Shown piece by piece: positions 36,560-49,400 of a stretch of DNA of 64,000 nucleotides (position 1 is the stretch's first letter; each line of letters starts with the position of its first letter). The notes under the pieces were generated by a model that had not been told where the DNA came from, did not search any database, and was given only the letters and a program-made list of their open reading frames with translations. Position numbers and translations under genes: made by a program. The stretch is taken from the NCBI GenBank assembly GCA_964016885.1, contig OZ024741.1, forward strand, positions 256,556,001 to 256,620,000. Reading direction: 5' to 3'. The DNA comes from Eledone cirrhosa. Taxonomy: Eukaryota.

Positions 36560-39500
36560 ACTGTCAGTGCCAGTGTTGTTGTAGTTGTTGCTGTTTTCTG
36601 TGTCAGTGCCAGTGTTGTTGTTGCTGTGTTCTCTGTCAGTGCCAGTGTTGTTGTAGCTGTTGCTGTTTTCTGTGTCAGTGCCAGTGTTGTTGTAGTTGTT
36701 GCTGTTTACTGTGTCAGTGCCAGTGTTGTTGTAGTTGTTGCAGTTTTCTCTGTCAGTGCCAGTGTTGTTGTAGTTGTTGCTGTTTTCTCTGTCAGTGCCA
36801 GTCTTGTTGTAGTTGTTGCTGTTTTCTGTGTCAGTGCCAGTGTTTTTGTTGTTGCTGTTTTCTCTGTCAGTGCCAGTGTTGTTGTAGTTGTTGCTGTTTT
36901 CTCTGTCAGTGCCAGTGTTGTTGTAGTTGTTGCTGTTTTTTGTGTCAGTGCCAGTGTTGTTGTAGTTGTTGCTGTTTTCTCTGTCAGTGCCAGTGTTGTT
37001 GTTGTTGTTGCTGTTTTCACTGTCAGTGCCAGTGTTGTAGTTGTTGCTGTTTTCTGTGTCAGTGCCAGTGTTGTTGTTGTTGCTGTTTTCTGTGTCAGTG
37101 CCAGTGTTGTTGTTGTTGCTATTTTCACTGTCAGTGCCAGTGTTGTTGCTGTTGCTGTTTTCTCTGTCAGTGCCAGTGATGTTGTAGTTGTTGCTGTTTT
37201 CTGTGTTAGTGCCAGTGTTGTTGTAGTTGTTGCTGTTTTCTGTGTCAGTGCCAGTGTTGTTGCTGTTGCTGTTTTCTCTGTCAGTGCCAGTGTTGTTGTA
37301 GTTGTTGCTGCTTTCTCTGTCAGTGCCAGTGTTGTTGTAGTTGTTGCTGTTTTCTGTGTCAGTGCCAGTGTTGTTGTTGTTGCTGTTTTCTCTGTCAGTG
37401 CCAGTGTTGTTGTAGTTGTTGCTGTTTTCTGTGTCAGTGCCACTGTTGTTGTTGCTGTTTTCTCTGTCAGTGCCAGTGTTGTTGTAGTTTTTGCTGTTTT
37501 CTGTGTCAGTGCCAGTGTTGTTGTTGCTGTTTTCTGTGTCAGTGCCACTGTTGTTGTTGCTGTTTTCTCTGTCAGTGCCAGTGTTGTTGCTGTTGCTATT
37601 TTCACTGTCAGTGCCAGTGTTGTTGTAGTTGTTGCTGTTTTCTGTGTCAGTGCCAGTGTTGTTGTTGCTGTTTTCTATGTCAGTGCCAGTGTTGTTGTAG
37701 TTGTAGTTGTTGCTGTTTTCTCTGTCAGTGCCAGTGTTGTTGTAGTTGTTGCTGTTTTTTGTGTCAGTGCCAGTGTTGTTGTAGTTGTTGCTGTTTTCTC
37801 TGTCAGTGCCAGTGTTGTTGTTGTTGTTCCTGTTTTCTCTGTCAGTGCCAGTGTTGTAGTTGTTGCTGTTTTCTCTGTCACTGCCAGTGTTGTTGTAGTT
37901 GTTGCTGTTTTCTGTGTCAGTGCCAGTGTTGTTGTTGTTGCTGTTTTCTGTGTCAGTGCCAGTGTTGTTGTTGTTGCTATTTTCACTGTCAGTGCCAGTG
38001 TTGTTGCTGTTGCTGTTTTCTCTGTCAGTGCCAGTGATGTTGTAGTTGTTGCTGTTTTCTGTGTCATTGCCAGTGTTGTTGCTGTTGCTGTTTTCTCTGT
38101 CAGTGCCAGTGTTGTTGTAGTTGTTGCTGCTTTCTCTGTCAGTGCCAGTGTTGTTGTAGTTGTTTCTGTTTTCTGTGTCAGTGCCAGTGTTGTTGTTGTT
38201 GCTGTTTTCTGTGTCAGTGCCAGTGTTGTTGTAGTTGTTGCTGTTTTCTGTGTCAGTGCCACTGTTGTTGTTGCTGTTTTCTGTGTCTGTGCCAGTGTTG
38301 TTGTTGTTGCTGTTTTCTCTGTCAGTGCCAGTGTTGTTGTTGCTGTTTTCTCTGTCAGTGCCAGTGTTGTTGTTGTTGCTGTTTTCTGTGTCAGTGCCAG
38401 TGTTGTTGTAGTTGTTGCTGTTTTCTGTGTCAGTGCCAGTGTTGTTGTAGTTGTTGCTGTTTTCTCTGTCAGTGCCAGTGTTGTTGTAGTTGTTGCTGTT
38501 TTCTCTGTCAGTGCCAGTGTTGTTGTAGTTGTTGCTGTTTTCTGTGTCAGTACCAGTGTTTTTGTTGTTGCTGTTTTCTCTGTCAGTGCCAGTGTTGTTG
38601 TAGTTGTTGCTGTTTTCTCTGTCAGTGCCAGTGTTGTTGTAATTGTTGCTGTTTTCTGTGTCAGTGCCTGTGTTGTTGCTGTTGTTGCTGTTTTCTGTGT
38701 CAGTGCCAGTGTTGTTGTTGTTGCTGTTTTCTGTGTCAGTGCCAGTGTTGTTGTTGCTATTTTCACTGTCAGTGCCAGTGTTGTTGTAGTTGTTGCTGTT
38801 TTCTGTGTCAGTGCCAGTGTTGTTGTTGTTGCTGTGTTCTCTGTCAGTGCCAGTGTTGTTGTAGCTGTTGCTGTTTTCTGTGTCAGTGCCAGTGTTGTTG
38901 TAGTTGTTGCTGTTTACTGTGTCAGTGCCAGTGTTGTTGTAGTTGTTGCTGTTTTCTCTGTCAGTGCCAGTGTTGTTGTAGTTGTTGCTGTTTTCTCTGT
39001 CAGTGCCAGTGTTGTTGTAGTTGTTGCTGTTTTCTGTGTCAGTGCCAGTGTTGTTGTTGTTGCTGTTTTCTCTGTCAGTGCCAGTGTTGTTGTAGTTGTT
39101 GCTGTTTTCTCTGTCAGTGCCAGTGTTGTTGTAGTTGTTGCTGTTTTTGTGTCAGTGCCAGTGTTGTTGTAGTTGTTGCTGTTTTCTCTGTCAGTGCCAG
39201 TGTTGTTGTTGTTGTTGCTGTTTTCTCTGTCAGTGCCAGTGTTGTAGTTGTTGCTGTTTTCTCTGTCAGTGCCAGTGTTGTTGTAGTTGTTGCTGTTTTC
39301 TGTGTCAGTGCCAGTGTTGTTGTTGTTGCTGTTTTCTGTGTCAGTGCCAGTGTTGTTGTTGTTGCTATTTTCACTGTCAGTGCCAGTGTTGTTGCTGTTG
39401 CTGTTTTCTCTGTCAGTGCCAGTGATGTTGTAGTTGTTGCTGTTTTCTGTGTTAGTGCCAGTGTTGTTGCAGTTGTTGCTGTTTTCTGTGTCAGTGCCAG

Positions 39501-42500
39501 TGTTGTTGCTGTTGCTGTTTTCTCTGTCAGTGCCAGTGTTGTTGTAGTTGTTGCTGCTTTCTCTGTCAGTGCCAGTGTTGTTGTAGTTGTTGCTGTTTTC
39601 TGTGTCAGTGCCAGTGTTGTTGTTGCTGTTTTCTCTGTCAGTGCCAGTGTTGTTGTTGTTGCTGTTTTCTGTGTCAGTGCCACTGTTGTTGTTGCTGTTT
39701 TCTCTGTCAGTGCCAGTGTTGTTGTAGTTTTTGCTGTTTTCTGTGTCAGTGCCAGTGTTGTTGTTGCTGTTTTCTGTGTCAGTGCCAGTGTTGTTGTTGT
39801 TGCTGTTTTCTTTGTCAGTGCCAGTGTTGTTGTTACTGTTGCTGTTTTCTGTGTCAGTTCCAGTGTTGCTGTTGCTGTTTTCTGTGCCAGTGCCAGTGTT
39901 ATTGTTGCTGTTGTTGCTGTTTTCTGTGTCAGTGCCACGGTTGTTGTTGCTGTTGTTGCTGTTTTCTGTGTCAGTGCCAGTGTTGTTGTTGCTGTTGTTG
40001 CTGTTTTCCGTGCCAGTGTTGTTGTAGTTGTTGCTGTTTTCTGTGTCAGTGTCGGTGTTGTTGTTGTTGCTGTTTTCTCTGTCAGTGCCAGTGTTGTTGT
40101 TGTTGCTGTTTTCTCTGTCAGTGCCAGTGTTGTTTTTGTTGCTGTTTTCTCTGTCAGTGCCAGTGTTGTTGTAGTTTTTGCTGTTTTCTGTGTCAGTGCC
40201 AGTGTTGTTGTAGTTGTTGCTGTTTTCTGTGTCAGTGCCAGTGTTGTTGTAGTTGTTGCTGTTTTCTCTGTCAGTGCCAGTGTTGTTGTAGTTGTTGCTG
40301 TTTTCTCTGTCAGTGCCAGTGTTGTTGTAGTTGTTGCTGTTTTCTGTGTCAATGCCAGTGTTGTTGTTGTTGCTGTTTTCTCTGTCAGTGCCAGTGTTGT
40401 TGTAGTTGTTGCTGTTTTCTCTGTCAGTGCCAGTGTTGTTGTAGTTGTTGCTGTTTTTTGTGTCAGTGCCAGTGTTGTTGTAGTTGTTGCTGTTTTCTCT
40501 GTCAGTGCCAGTGTTGTTGTTGTTGTTGCTGTTTTCACTGTCAGTGCCAGTGTTGTAGTTGTTGCTGTTTTCTGTGTCAGTGCCAGTGTTGTTGTTGTTG
40601 CTGTTTTCTGTGTCAGTGCCAGTGTTGTTGTTGTTGATATTTTCACTGTCAGTGCCAGTGTTGTTGCTGTTGCTGTTTTCTCTGTCAGTGCCAGTGTTGT
40701 TGTAGTTGTTGCTGTTTTCTGTGTCAGTGCCAGTGTTGTTGTTGTTGCTGTTTTCTCTGTCAGTGCCAGTGTTGTTGTAGTTGTTGCTGTTTTCTGTGTC
40801 AGTGCCACTGTTGTTGTTGCTGTTTTCTCTGTCAGTGCCAGTGTTGTTGTAGTTTTTGCTGTTTTCTGTGTCAGTGCCAGTGTTGTTGTTGCTGTTTTCT
40901 GTGTCAGTGCCACTGTTGTTGTTGCTGTTTTCTCTGTCAGTGCCAGTGTTGTTGCTGTTGCTATTTTCACTGTCAGTGCCAGTGTTGTTGTAGTTGTTGC
41001 TGTTTTCTGTGTCAGTGCCAGTGTTGTTGTTGCTGTTTTCTATGTCAGTGCCAGTGTTGTTGTAGTTGTAGTTGTTGCTGTTTTCTCTGTCAGTGCCAGT
41101 GTTGTTGTAGTTGTTGCTGTTTTTTGTGTCAGTGCCAGTGTTGTTGTAGTTGTTGCTGTTTTCTCTGTCAGTGCCAGTGTTGTTGTTGTTGTTCCTGTTT
41201 TCTCTGTCAGTGCCAGTGTTGTAGTTGTTGCTGTTTTCTCTGTCAGTGCCAGTGTTGTTGTAGTTGTTGCTGTTTTCTGTGTCAGTGCCAGTGTTGTTGT
41301 TGTTGCTGTTTTCTGTGTCAGTGCCAGTGTTGTTGTAGTTGTTTCTGTTTTCTGTGTCAGTGCCAGTGTTGTTGTTGTTGCTGTTTTCTGTGTCAGTGCC
41401 AGTGTTGTTGTAGTTGTTGCTGTTTTCTGTGTCAGTGCCACTGTTGTTGTTGCTGTTTTCTGTGTCTGTGCCAGTGTTGTTGTTGTTGCTGTTTTCTCTG
41501 TCAGTGCCAGTGTTGTTGTTGCTGTTTTCTCTGTCAGTGCCAGTGTTGTTGTTGTTGCTGTTTTCTGTGTCAGTGCCAGTGTTGTTGTAGTTGTTGCTGT
41601 TTTCTGTGTCAGTGCCAGTGTTGTTGTAGTTGTTGCTGTTTTCTCTGTCAGTGCCAGTGTTGTTGTAGTTGTTGCTGTTTTCTCTGTCAGTGCCAGTGTT
41701 GTTGTAGTTGTTGCTGTTTTCTGTGTCAGTACCAGTGTTTTTGTTGTTGCTGTTTTCTCTGTCAGTGCCAGTGTTGTTGTAGTTGTTGCTGTTTTCTCTG
41801 TCAGTGCCAGTGTTGTTGTAATTGTTGCTGTTTTCTGTGTCAGTGCCTGTGTTGTTGCTGTTGTTGCTGTTTTCTGTGTCAGTGCCAGTGTTGTTGTTGT
41901 TGCTGTTTTCTGTGTCAGTGCCAGTGTTGTTGTTGCTATTTTCACTGTCAGTGCCAGTGTTGTTGTAGTTGTTGCTGTTTTCTGTGTCAGTGCCAGTGTT
42001 GTTGTTGTTGCTGTGTTCTCTGTCAGTGCCAGTGTTGTTGTAGCTGTTGCTGTTTTCTGTGTCAGTGCCAGTGTTGTTGTAGTTGTTGCTGTTTACTGTG
42101 TCAGTGCCAGTGTTGTTGTAGTTGTTGCTGTTTTCTCTGTCAGTGCCAGTGTTGTTGTAGTTGTTGCTGTTTTCTCTGTCAGTGCCAGTGTTGTTGTAGT
42201 TGTTGCTGTTTTCTGTGTCAGTGCCAGTGTTGTTGTTGTTGCTGTTTTCTCTGTCAGTGCCAGTGTTGTTGTAGTTGTTGCTGTTTTCTCTGTCAGTGCC
42301 AGTGTTGTTGTAGTTGTTGCTGTTTTTGTGTCAGTGCCAGTGTTGTTGTAGTTGTTGCTGTTTTCTCTGTCAGTGCCAGTGTTGTTGTTGTTGTTGCTGT
42401 TTTCTCTGTCAGTGCCAGTGTTGTAGTTGTTGCTGTTTTCTCTGTCAGTGCCAGTGTTGTTGTAGTTGTTGCTGTTTTCTGTGTCAGTGCCAGTGTTGTT

Positions 42501-45500
42501 GTTGTTGCTGTTTTCTGTGTCAGTGCCAGTGTTGTTGCTGTTGCTGTTTTCTCTGTCAGTGCCAGTGTTGTTGTAGTTGTTGCTGCTTTCTCTGTCAGTG
42601 TCAGTGTTGTTGTAGTTGTTGCTGTTTTCTGTGTCAGTGCCAGTGTTGTTGTTGCTGTTTTCTCTGTCAGTGCCAGTGTTGTTGTTGTTGCTGTTTTCTG
42701 TGTCAGTGCCACTGTTGTTGTTGCTGTTTTCTCTGTCAGTGCCAGTGTTGTTGTAGTTTTTGCTGTTTTCTGTGTCAGTGCCAGTGTTGTTGTTGCTGTT
42801 TTCTGTGTCAGTGCCAGTGTTGTTGTTGTTGCTGTTTTCTTTGTCAGTGCCAGTGTTGTTGTTACTGTTGCTGTTTTCTGTGTCAGTTCCAGTGTTGCTG
42901 TTGCTGTTTTCTGTGCCAGTGCCAGTGTTATTGTTGCTGTTGTTGCTGTTTTCTGTGTCAGTGCCACGGTTGTTGTTGCTGTTGTTGCTGTTTTCTGTGT
43001 CAGTGCCAGTGTTGTTGTTGCTGTTTTCTGTGTCAGTGCCAGTGTTGTTGTTGCTGTTGTTGCTGTTTTCCGTGCCAGTGTTGTTGTAGTTGTTGCTGTT
43101 TTCTGTGTCAGTGTCGGTGTTGTTGTTGTTGCTGTTTTCTCTGTCAGTGCCAGTGTTGTTGTTGTTGCTGTTTTCTCTGTCAGTGCCAGTGTTGTTGTTG
43201 TTGCTGTTTTCTCTGTCAGTGCCAGTGTTGTTGTAGTTTTTGCTGTTTTCTGTGTCAGTGCCAGTGTTGTTGTAGTTGTTGCTGTTTTCTGTGTCAGTGC
43301 CAGTGTTGTTGTAGTTGTTGCTGTTTTCTCTGTCAGTGCCAGTGTTGTTGTAGTTGTTGCTGTTTTCTCTGTCAGTGCCAGTGTTGTTGTAGTTGTTGCT
43401 GTTTTCTCTGTCAGTGCCAGTGTTGTTGTAGTTGTTGCTGTTTTTTGTGTCAGTGCCAGTGTTGTTGTAGTTGTTGCTGTTTTCTCTGTCAGTGCCAGTG
43501 TTGTTGTTGTTGTTGCTGTTTTCACTGTCAGTGCCAGTGTTGTAGTTGTTGCTGTTTTCTGTGTCAGTGCCAGTGTTGTTGTTGTTGCTGTTTTCTGTGT
43601 CAGTGCCAGTGTTGTTGTTGTTGCTATTTTCACTGTCAGTGCCAGTGTTGTTGCTGTTGCTGTTTTCTCTGTCAGTGCCAGTGTTGTTGTAGTTGTTGCT
43701 GTTTTCTGTGTCAGTGCCAGTGTTGTTGTTGTTGCTGTTTTCTCTGTCAGTGCCAGTGTTGTTGTAGTTGTTGCTGTTTTCTGTGTCAGTGCCACTGTTG
43801 TTGTTGCTGTTTTCTCTGTCAGTGCCAGTGTTGTTGTAGTTTTTGCTGTTTTCTGTGTCAGTGACAGTGTTGTTGTTGCTGTTTTCTGTGTCAGTGCCAC
43901 TGTTGTTGTTGCTGTTTTCTCTGTCAGTGCCAGTGTTGTTGCTGTTGCTATTTTCACTGTCAGTGCCAGTGTTGTTGTAGTTGTTGCTGTTTTCTGTGTC
44001 AGTGCCAGTGTTGTTGTTGCTGTTTTCTATGTCAGTGCCAGTGTTGTTGTAGTTGTAGTTGTTGCTGTTTTCTCTGTCAGTGCCAGTGTTGTTGTAGTTG
44101 TTGCTGTTTTTTGTGTCAGTGCCAGTGTTGTTGTAGTTGTTGCTGTTTTCTCTGTCAGTGCCAGTGTTGTTGTTGTTGTTCCTGTTTTCTCTGTCAGTGC
44201 CAGTGTTGTAGTTGTTGCTGTTTTCTCTGTCAGTGCCAGTGTTGTTGTAGTTGTTGCTGTTTTCTGTGTCAGTGCCAGTGTTGTTGTTGTTGCTGTTTTC
44301 TGTGTCAGTGCCAGTGTTGTTGTTGTTGCTATTTTCACTGTCAGTGCCAGTGTTGTTGCTGTTGCTGTTTTCTCTGTCAGTGCCAGTGATGTTGTAGTTG
44401 TTGCAGTTTTCTGTGTCATTGCCAGTGTTGTTGCTGTTGCTGTTTTCTCTGTCAGTGCCAGTGTTGTTGTAGTTGTTGCTGCTTTCTCTGTCAGTGCCAG
44501 TGTTGTTGTAGTTGTTTCTGTTTTCTGTGTCAGTGCCAGTGTTGTTGTTGTTGCTGTTTTCTGTGTCAGTGCCAGTGTTGTTGTAGTTGTTGCTGTTTTC
44601 TGTGTCAGTGCCACTGTTGTTGTTGCTGTTTTCTGTGTCTGTGCCAATGTTGTTGTTGTTGCTGTTTTCTCTGTCAGTGCCAGTGTTGTTGTTGCTGTTT
44701 TCTCTGTCAGTGCCAGTGTTGTTGTTGTTGCTGTTTTCTGTGTCAGTGCCAGTGTTGTTGTAGTTGTTGATGTTTTCTCTGTCAGTGCCAGTGTTGTTGT
44801 AGTTGTTGCTGTTTTCTCTGTCAGTGCCAGTGTTGTTGTAGTTGTTGCTGTTTTCTCTGTCAGTGCCAGTGTTGTTGTAGTTGTTGCTGTTTTCTGTGTC
44901 AGTACCAGTGTTTTTGTTGTTGCTGTTTTCTCTGTCAGTGCCAGTGTTGTTGTAGTTGTTGCTGTTTTCTCTGTCAGTGCCAGTGTTGTTGTAATTGTTG
45001 CTGTTTTCTGTGTCAGTGCCTGTGTTGTTGCTGTTGTTGCTGTTTTCTGTGTCAGTGCCAGTGTTGTTGTTGTTGCTGTTTTCTGTGTCAGTGCCAGTGT
45101 TGTTGTTGCTATTTTCACTGTCAGTGCCAGTGTTGTTGTAGTTGTTGCTGTTTTCTGTGTCAGTGCCAGTGTTGTTGTTGTTGCTGTGTTCTCTGTCAGT
45201 GCCAGTGTTGTTGTAGCTGTTGCTGTTTTCTGTGTCAGTGCCAGTGTTGTTGTAGTTGTTGCTGTTTACTGTGTCAGTGCCAGTGTTGTTGTAGTTGTTG
45301 CTGTTTTCTCTGTCAGTGCCAGTGTTGTTGTAGTTGTTGCTGTTTTCTCTGTCAGTGCCAGTGTTGTTGTAGTTGTTGCTGTTTTCTGTGTCAGTGCCAG
45401 TGTTGTTGTTGTTGCTGTTTTCTCTGTCAGTGCCAGTGTTGTTGTAGTTGTTGCTGTTTTCTCTGTCAGTGCCAGTGTTGTTGTAGTTGTTGCTGTTTTT

Positions 45501-46420
45501 GTGTCAGTGCCAGTGTTGTTGTAGTTGTTGCTGTTTTCTCTGTCAGTGCCAGTGTTGTTGTTGTTGCTGTTTTCTCTGTCAGTGCCAGTGTTGTTGCTGT
45601 TTTCTCTGTCAGTGCCAGTGATGTTGTAGTTGTTGCTGTTTTCTGTGTTAGTGCCAGTGTTGTTGTTGTTGCTGTTTTCTGTGTCAGTGCCAGTGTTGTT
45701 GTTGTTGCTATTTTCACTGTCAGTGCCAGTGTTGTTGCTGTTTTCTCTGTCAGTGCCAGTGATGTTGTAGTTGTTGCTGTTTTCTGTGTTAGTGCCAGTG
45801 TTGTTGCAGTTGTTGCTGTTTTCTGTGTCAGTGCCAGTGTTGTTGCTGTTGCTGTTTTCTCTGTCAGTGCCAGTGTTGTTGTAGTTGTTGCTGCTTTCTC
45901 TGTCAGTGCCAGTGTTGTTGTAGTTGTTGCTGTTTTCTGTGTCAGTGCCAGTGTTGTTGTTGTTGCTGTTTTCTCTGTCAGTGCCAGTGTTGTTTTGTTG
46001 CTGTTTTCTGTGTCAGTGCCACTGTTGTTGTTGCTGTTTTCTCTGTCAGTGCCAGTGTTGTTGTAGTTTTTGCTGTTTTCTGTGTCAGTGCCAGTGTTGT
46101 TGTTGCTGTTTTCTGTGTCAGTGCCAGTGTTGTTGTTGTTGCTGTTTTCTTTGTCAGTGCCAGTGTTGTTGTTGTTACTGTTGCTGTTTTCTGTGTCAGT
46201 TCCAGTGTTGCTGTTGCTGTTTTCTGTGCCAGTGCCAGTGTTATTGTTGCTGTTGTTGCTGTTTTCTGTGTCAGTGCCACGGTTGTTGTTGCTGTTGTTG
46301 CTGTTTTCTGTGTCAGTGCCAGTGTTGTTGTTGCTGTTTTCTGTGTCAGTGCCAGTGTTGTTGTTGCTGTTGTTGCTGTTTTCTGTGCCAGTGTTGTTGT
46401 AGTTGTTGCTGTTTTCTGTG
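36560..46420. repeat. About three tandem copies of a ~3.2-kb higher-order cassette inside the minisatellite
   Basis: Recurring diagnostic variants: TTCTAT (37675, 41040, 44027), AGTACC (~38549, ~41728, ~44901), GTTTAC (38914, 42093, 45266) and the same 1-bp deletion (39144, 42323, 45496). Offsets are about 3.0-3.4 kb. Boundaries are approximate. Confidence 0.8.
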
Positions 46421-49400
46421 TCAGTGTCGGTGTTGTTGTTGTTGCTGTTTTCTCTGTCAGTGCCAGTGTTGTTGTTGTTGCTGTTTTCTCTGTCAGTGCC
46501 AGTGTTGTTGTTGTTGCTGTTTTCTGTGTCAGTGCCAGTGTTGTTGTAGTTGTTGCTGTTTTCTGTGTCAGTGCCAGTGTTGTTGTAGTTGTTGCTGTTT
46601 TCTGTGTCAGTGCCAGTGTTGTTGTAGTTGTTGCTGTTTTCTCTGTCAGTGCCAGTGTTGTTGTAGTTGTTGCTGTTTTCTCTGTCAGTGCCAGTGTTGT
46701 TGTAGTTGTTGCTGTTTTCTGTGTCAATGCCAGTGTTGTTGTTGTTGCTGTTTTCTCTGTCAGTGCCAGTGTTGTAGTTGTTGCTGTTTTCTCTGTCAGT
46801 GCCAGTGTTGTTGTAGTTGTTGCTCTTTTCTGTGTCAGTGCCAGTGTTGTTGCTGTTGTTGCTGTTTTCTGTGTCAGTGCCAGTGTTGTTGTTGTTGCTG
46901 TTTTCTCTGTCAGTGCCAGTGTTGTTGTTGCTATTTTCACTGTCAGTGCCAGTGTTGTTGTAGTTGTTGCTGTTTTCTGTGTCAGTGCCAGTGTTGTTGT
47001 TGTTGCTGTTTTCTCTGTCAGTGCCGGTGTTGTTGTAGCTGTTGCTGTTTTCTGTGTCAGTGCCAGTGTTGTTGTAGTTGTTGCTGTTTTCTCTGTCAGT
47101 GCCAGTGTTGTTGTAGTTGTTGCTGTTTTCTGTGCCAGTGCCAGTGTTTTTGTTGTTGCTGTTTTCTCTGTCAGTGCCAGTGTTGTTGTAGTTGTTGCTG
47201 TTTTCTCTGTCAGTGCCAGTGTTGTTGTAGTTGTTGCTGTTTTCTCTGTCAGTGCCAGTGTTGTTGTAGTTGTTGCTGTTTTCTCTGTCAGTGCCAGTGT
47301 TGTTGTAGTTGTTGCTGTTTTCTGTGTCAGTGTTGTTGTTGCTATTTTCACTGTCAGTGCCAGTGTTGTTGTAGTTGTTGCTTTATTCTGTGTCAGTGCC
47401 AGTGTTGTTGTTGTTGCTGTTTTCTCTGTCAGTGCCAGTGTTGTTGTAGCTGTTGCTGTTTTCTGTGTCAGTGCCAGTGTTGTTGTAGTTGTTGCTGTTT
47501 ACTGTGTCAGTGCCAGTGTTGTTGTAGTTGTTGCTGTTTTCTCTGTCAGTGCCAGTGTTGTTGTAGTTGTTGCTGTTTTCTCTGTCAGTGCCAGTGTTGT
47601 TGTAGTTGTTGCTGTTTTCTGTGTCAGTGCCAGTGTTGTTGTTGTTGCTGATTTCTCTGTCAGTGCCAGTGTTGTTGTAGTTGTTGCTGTTTTCTCTGTC
47701 AGTGCCAGTGTTGTTGTAGTTGTTGCTGTTTTCTGTGTCAGTGCCAGTGTTGTTGTAGTTGTTGCTGTTTTCTCTGTCAGTGCCAGTGTTGTTGTTGTTG
47801 TTGTTGCTGTTTTCTCTGTCAGTGCCAGTATTGTAGTTGTTGCTGTTTTCTCTGTCAGTGCCAGTGTTGTTGTAGTTGTTGCTGTTTTCTGTGTCAGTGT
47901 CAGTGTTGTTGTTGTTGCTGTTTTCTGTGTCAGTGCCAGTGTTGTTGTTGTTGCTATTTTCACTGCCAGTGCCAGTGTTGTTGCTGTTGCTGTTTTCTCT
48001 GTCAGTGCTAGTGAGGTTGTAGTTGTTGCTGTTTTCTGTGTTAGTGCCAGTGTTGTTGTAGTTGTTGCTGTTTTCTGTGTCAGTGCCAGTGTTGTTGCTG
48101 TTGATGTTTTCTCTGTCAGTGCCAGTGTTGTTGTAGTTGTTGCTGCTTTCTCTGTCAGTGCCAGTGTTGTTGTAGTTGTTGCTCTTTTCTGTGTCAGTGC
48201 CACTGTTGTTGTTGCTGTTTTCTCTGTCAGTGCCAGTGTTGTTGTAGTTTTTGCTGTTTTCTGTGTCAGTGCCAGTGTTGTTGTAATTGCTGTTTTCTGT
48301 GTCAGTGCTAGTGTTGTTGTTGCTGTTGCTGTTTTCTCTGTCAGTGCCAGTGTTGTTGCTGTTGCTATTTTCACTGTCAGTGCCAGTGTTGTTGTTGTTG
48401 TTGTTTTCTGTGTCAGTGCCAGTGTTGTTGTTGCTGTTTTCTTTGTCAGTGCCACTGTTGTTGTTGTTACTGTTGCTGTTTTCTGTGTCAGTTCCAGTGT
48501 CGCTGTTGCTGTTTTCTGTGCCAGTGCCAGTATTATTGTTGCTGTTGTTGCTGTTTTCTGTGTCAGTGCCACGGTTGTTGTTTCTGTTGTTGCTGTTTTC
48601 TGTGTCAGTGCCAGTGTTGTTGTTGCTGTTTTCTGTGTCAGTGCCAGTGTTGTTGTTGCTGTTGTTGCTGTTTTCCGTGCCAGTGTTGTTGTAGTTGTTG
48701 CTGTTTTCTGTGTCAGTGCCGGTGTTGTTGTTGTTGCTGTTTTCTCTGTCTGTGCCAGTGTTGTTGTTGCTGTTTTCTCTGTCAGTGCCAGTGTTGTTGT
48801 TGTTGCTGTTTTCTGTGTCAGTGCCAGTGTTGTTGTAGTTGTTGCTGTTTTCTGTGTCAGTGCCAGTGTTGTTGTAGTTGTTGCTGTTTTCTGTGTCAGT
48901 GCCAGTGTTGTTGTAGTTGTTGCTGTTTTCTCTGTCAGTGCCAGTGTTATTGTAGTTGTTGCTGTTTTCTCTGTCAGTGCCAGTGTTGTTGTAGTTGTTG
49001 CTGTTTTCTGTGTCAATGCCAGTGTTGTTGTTGTTGCTGTTTTCTCTGTCAGTGCCAGTGTTGTTGTAGTTGTTGCTGTTTTCTGTGTCAGTCCCAGTGT
49101 TGTTGTAGTTGTTGCTGTTTTCTGTGTCAGTGCCAGTGTTGTTGTAGTTGTTGCTGTTTTCTCTGTCAGTGCCAGTGTTGTTGTAGTTGTTGCTGTTTTC
49201 TCTGTCAGTGCCAGTGTTGTTGTAGTTGTTGCTGTTTTCTGTGTCAGTGCCAGTGTTGTTGTTGCTGTTTTCTCTGTCAGTGCCAGTGTTGTTGTAGTTG
49301 TTGCTGTTTTCTCTGTCAGTGCCAGTGTTGTTGTAGTTGTTGCTGTTTTCTGTGTCAGTGCCAGTGTTGTTGTAGTTGTTGCTGTTTTCTCTGTCAGTGC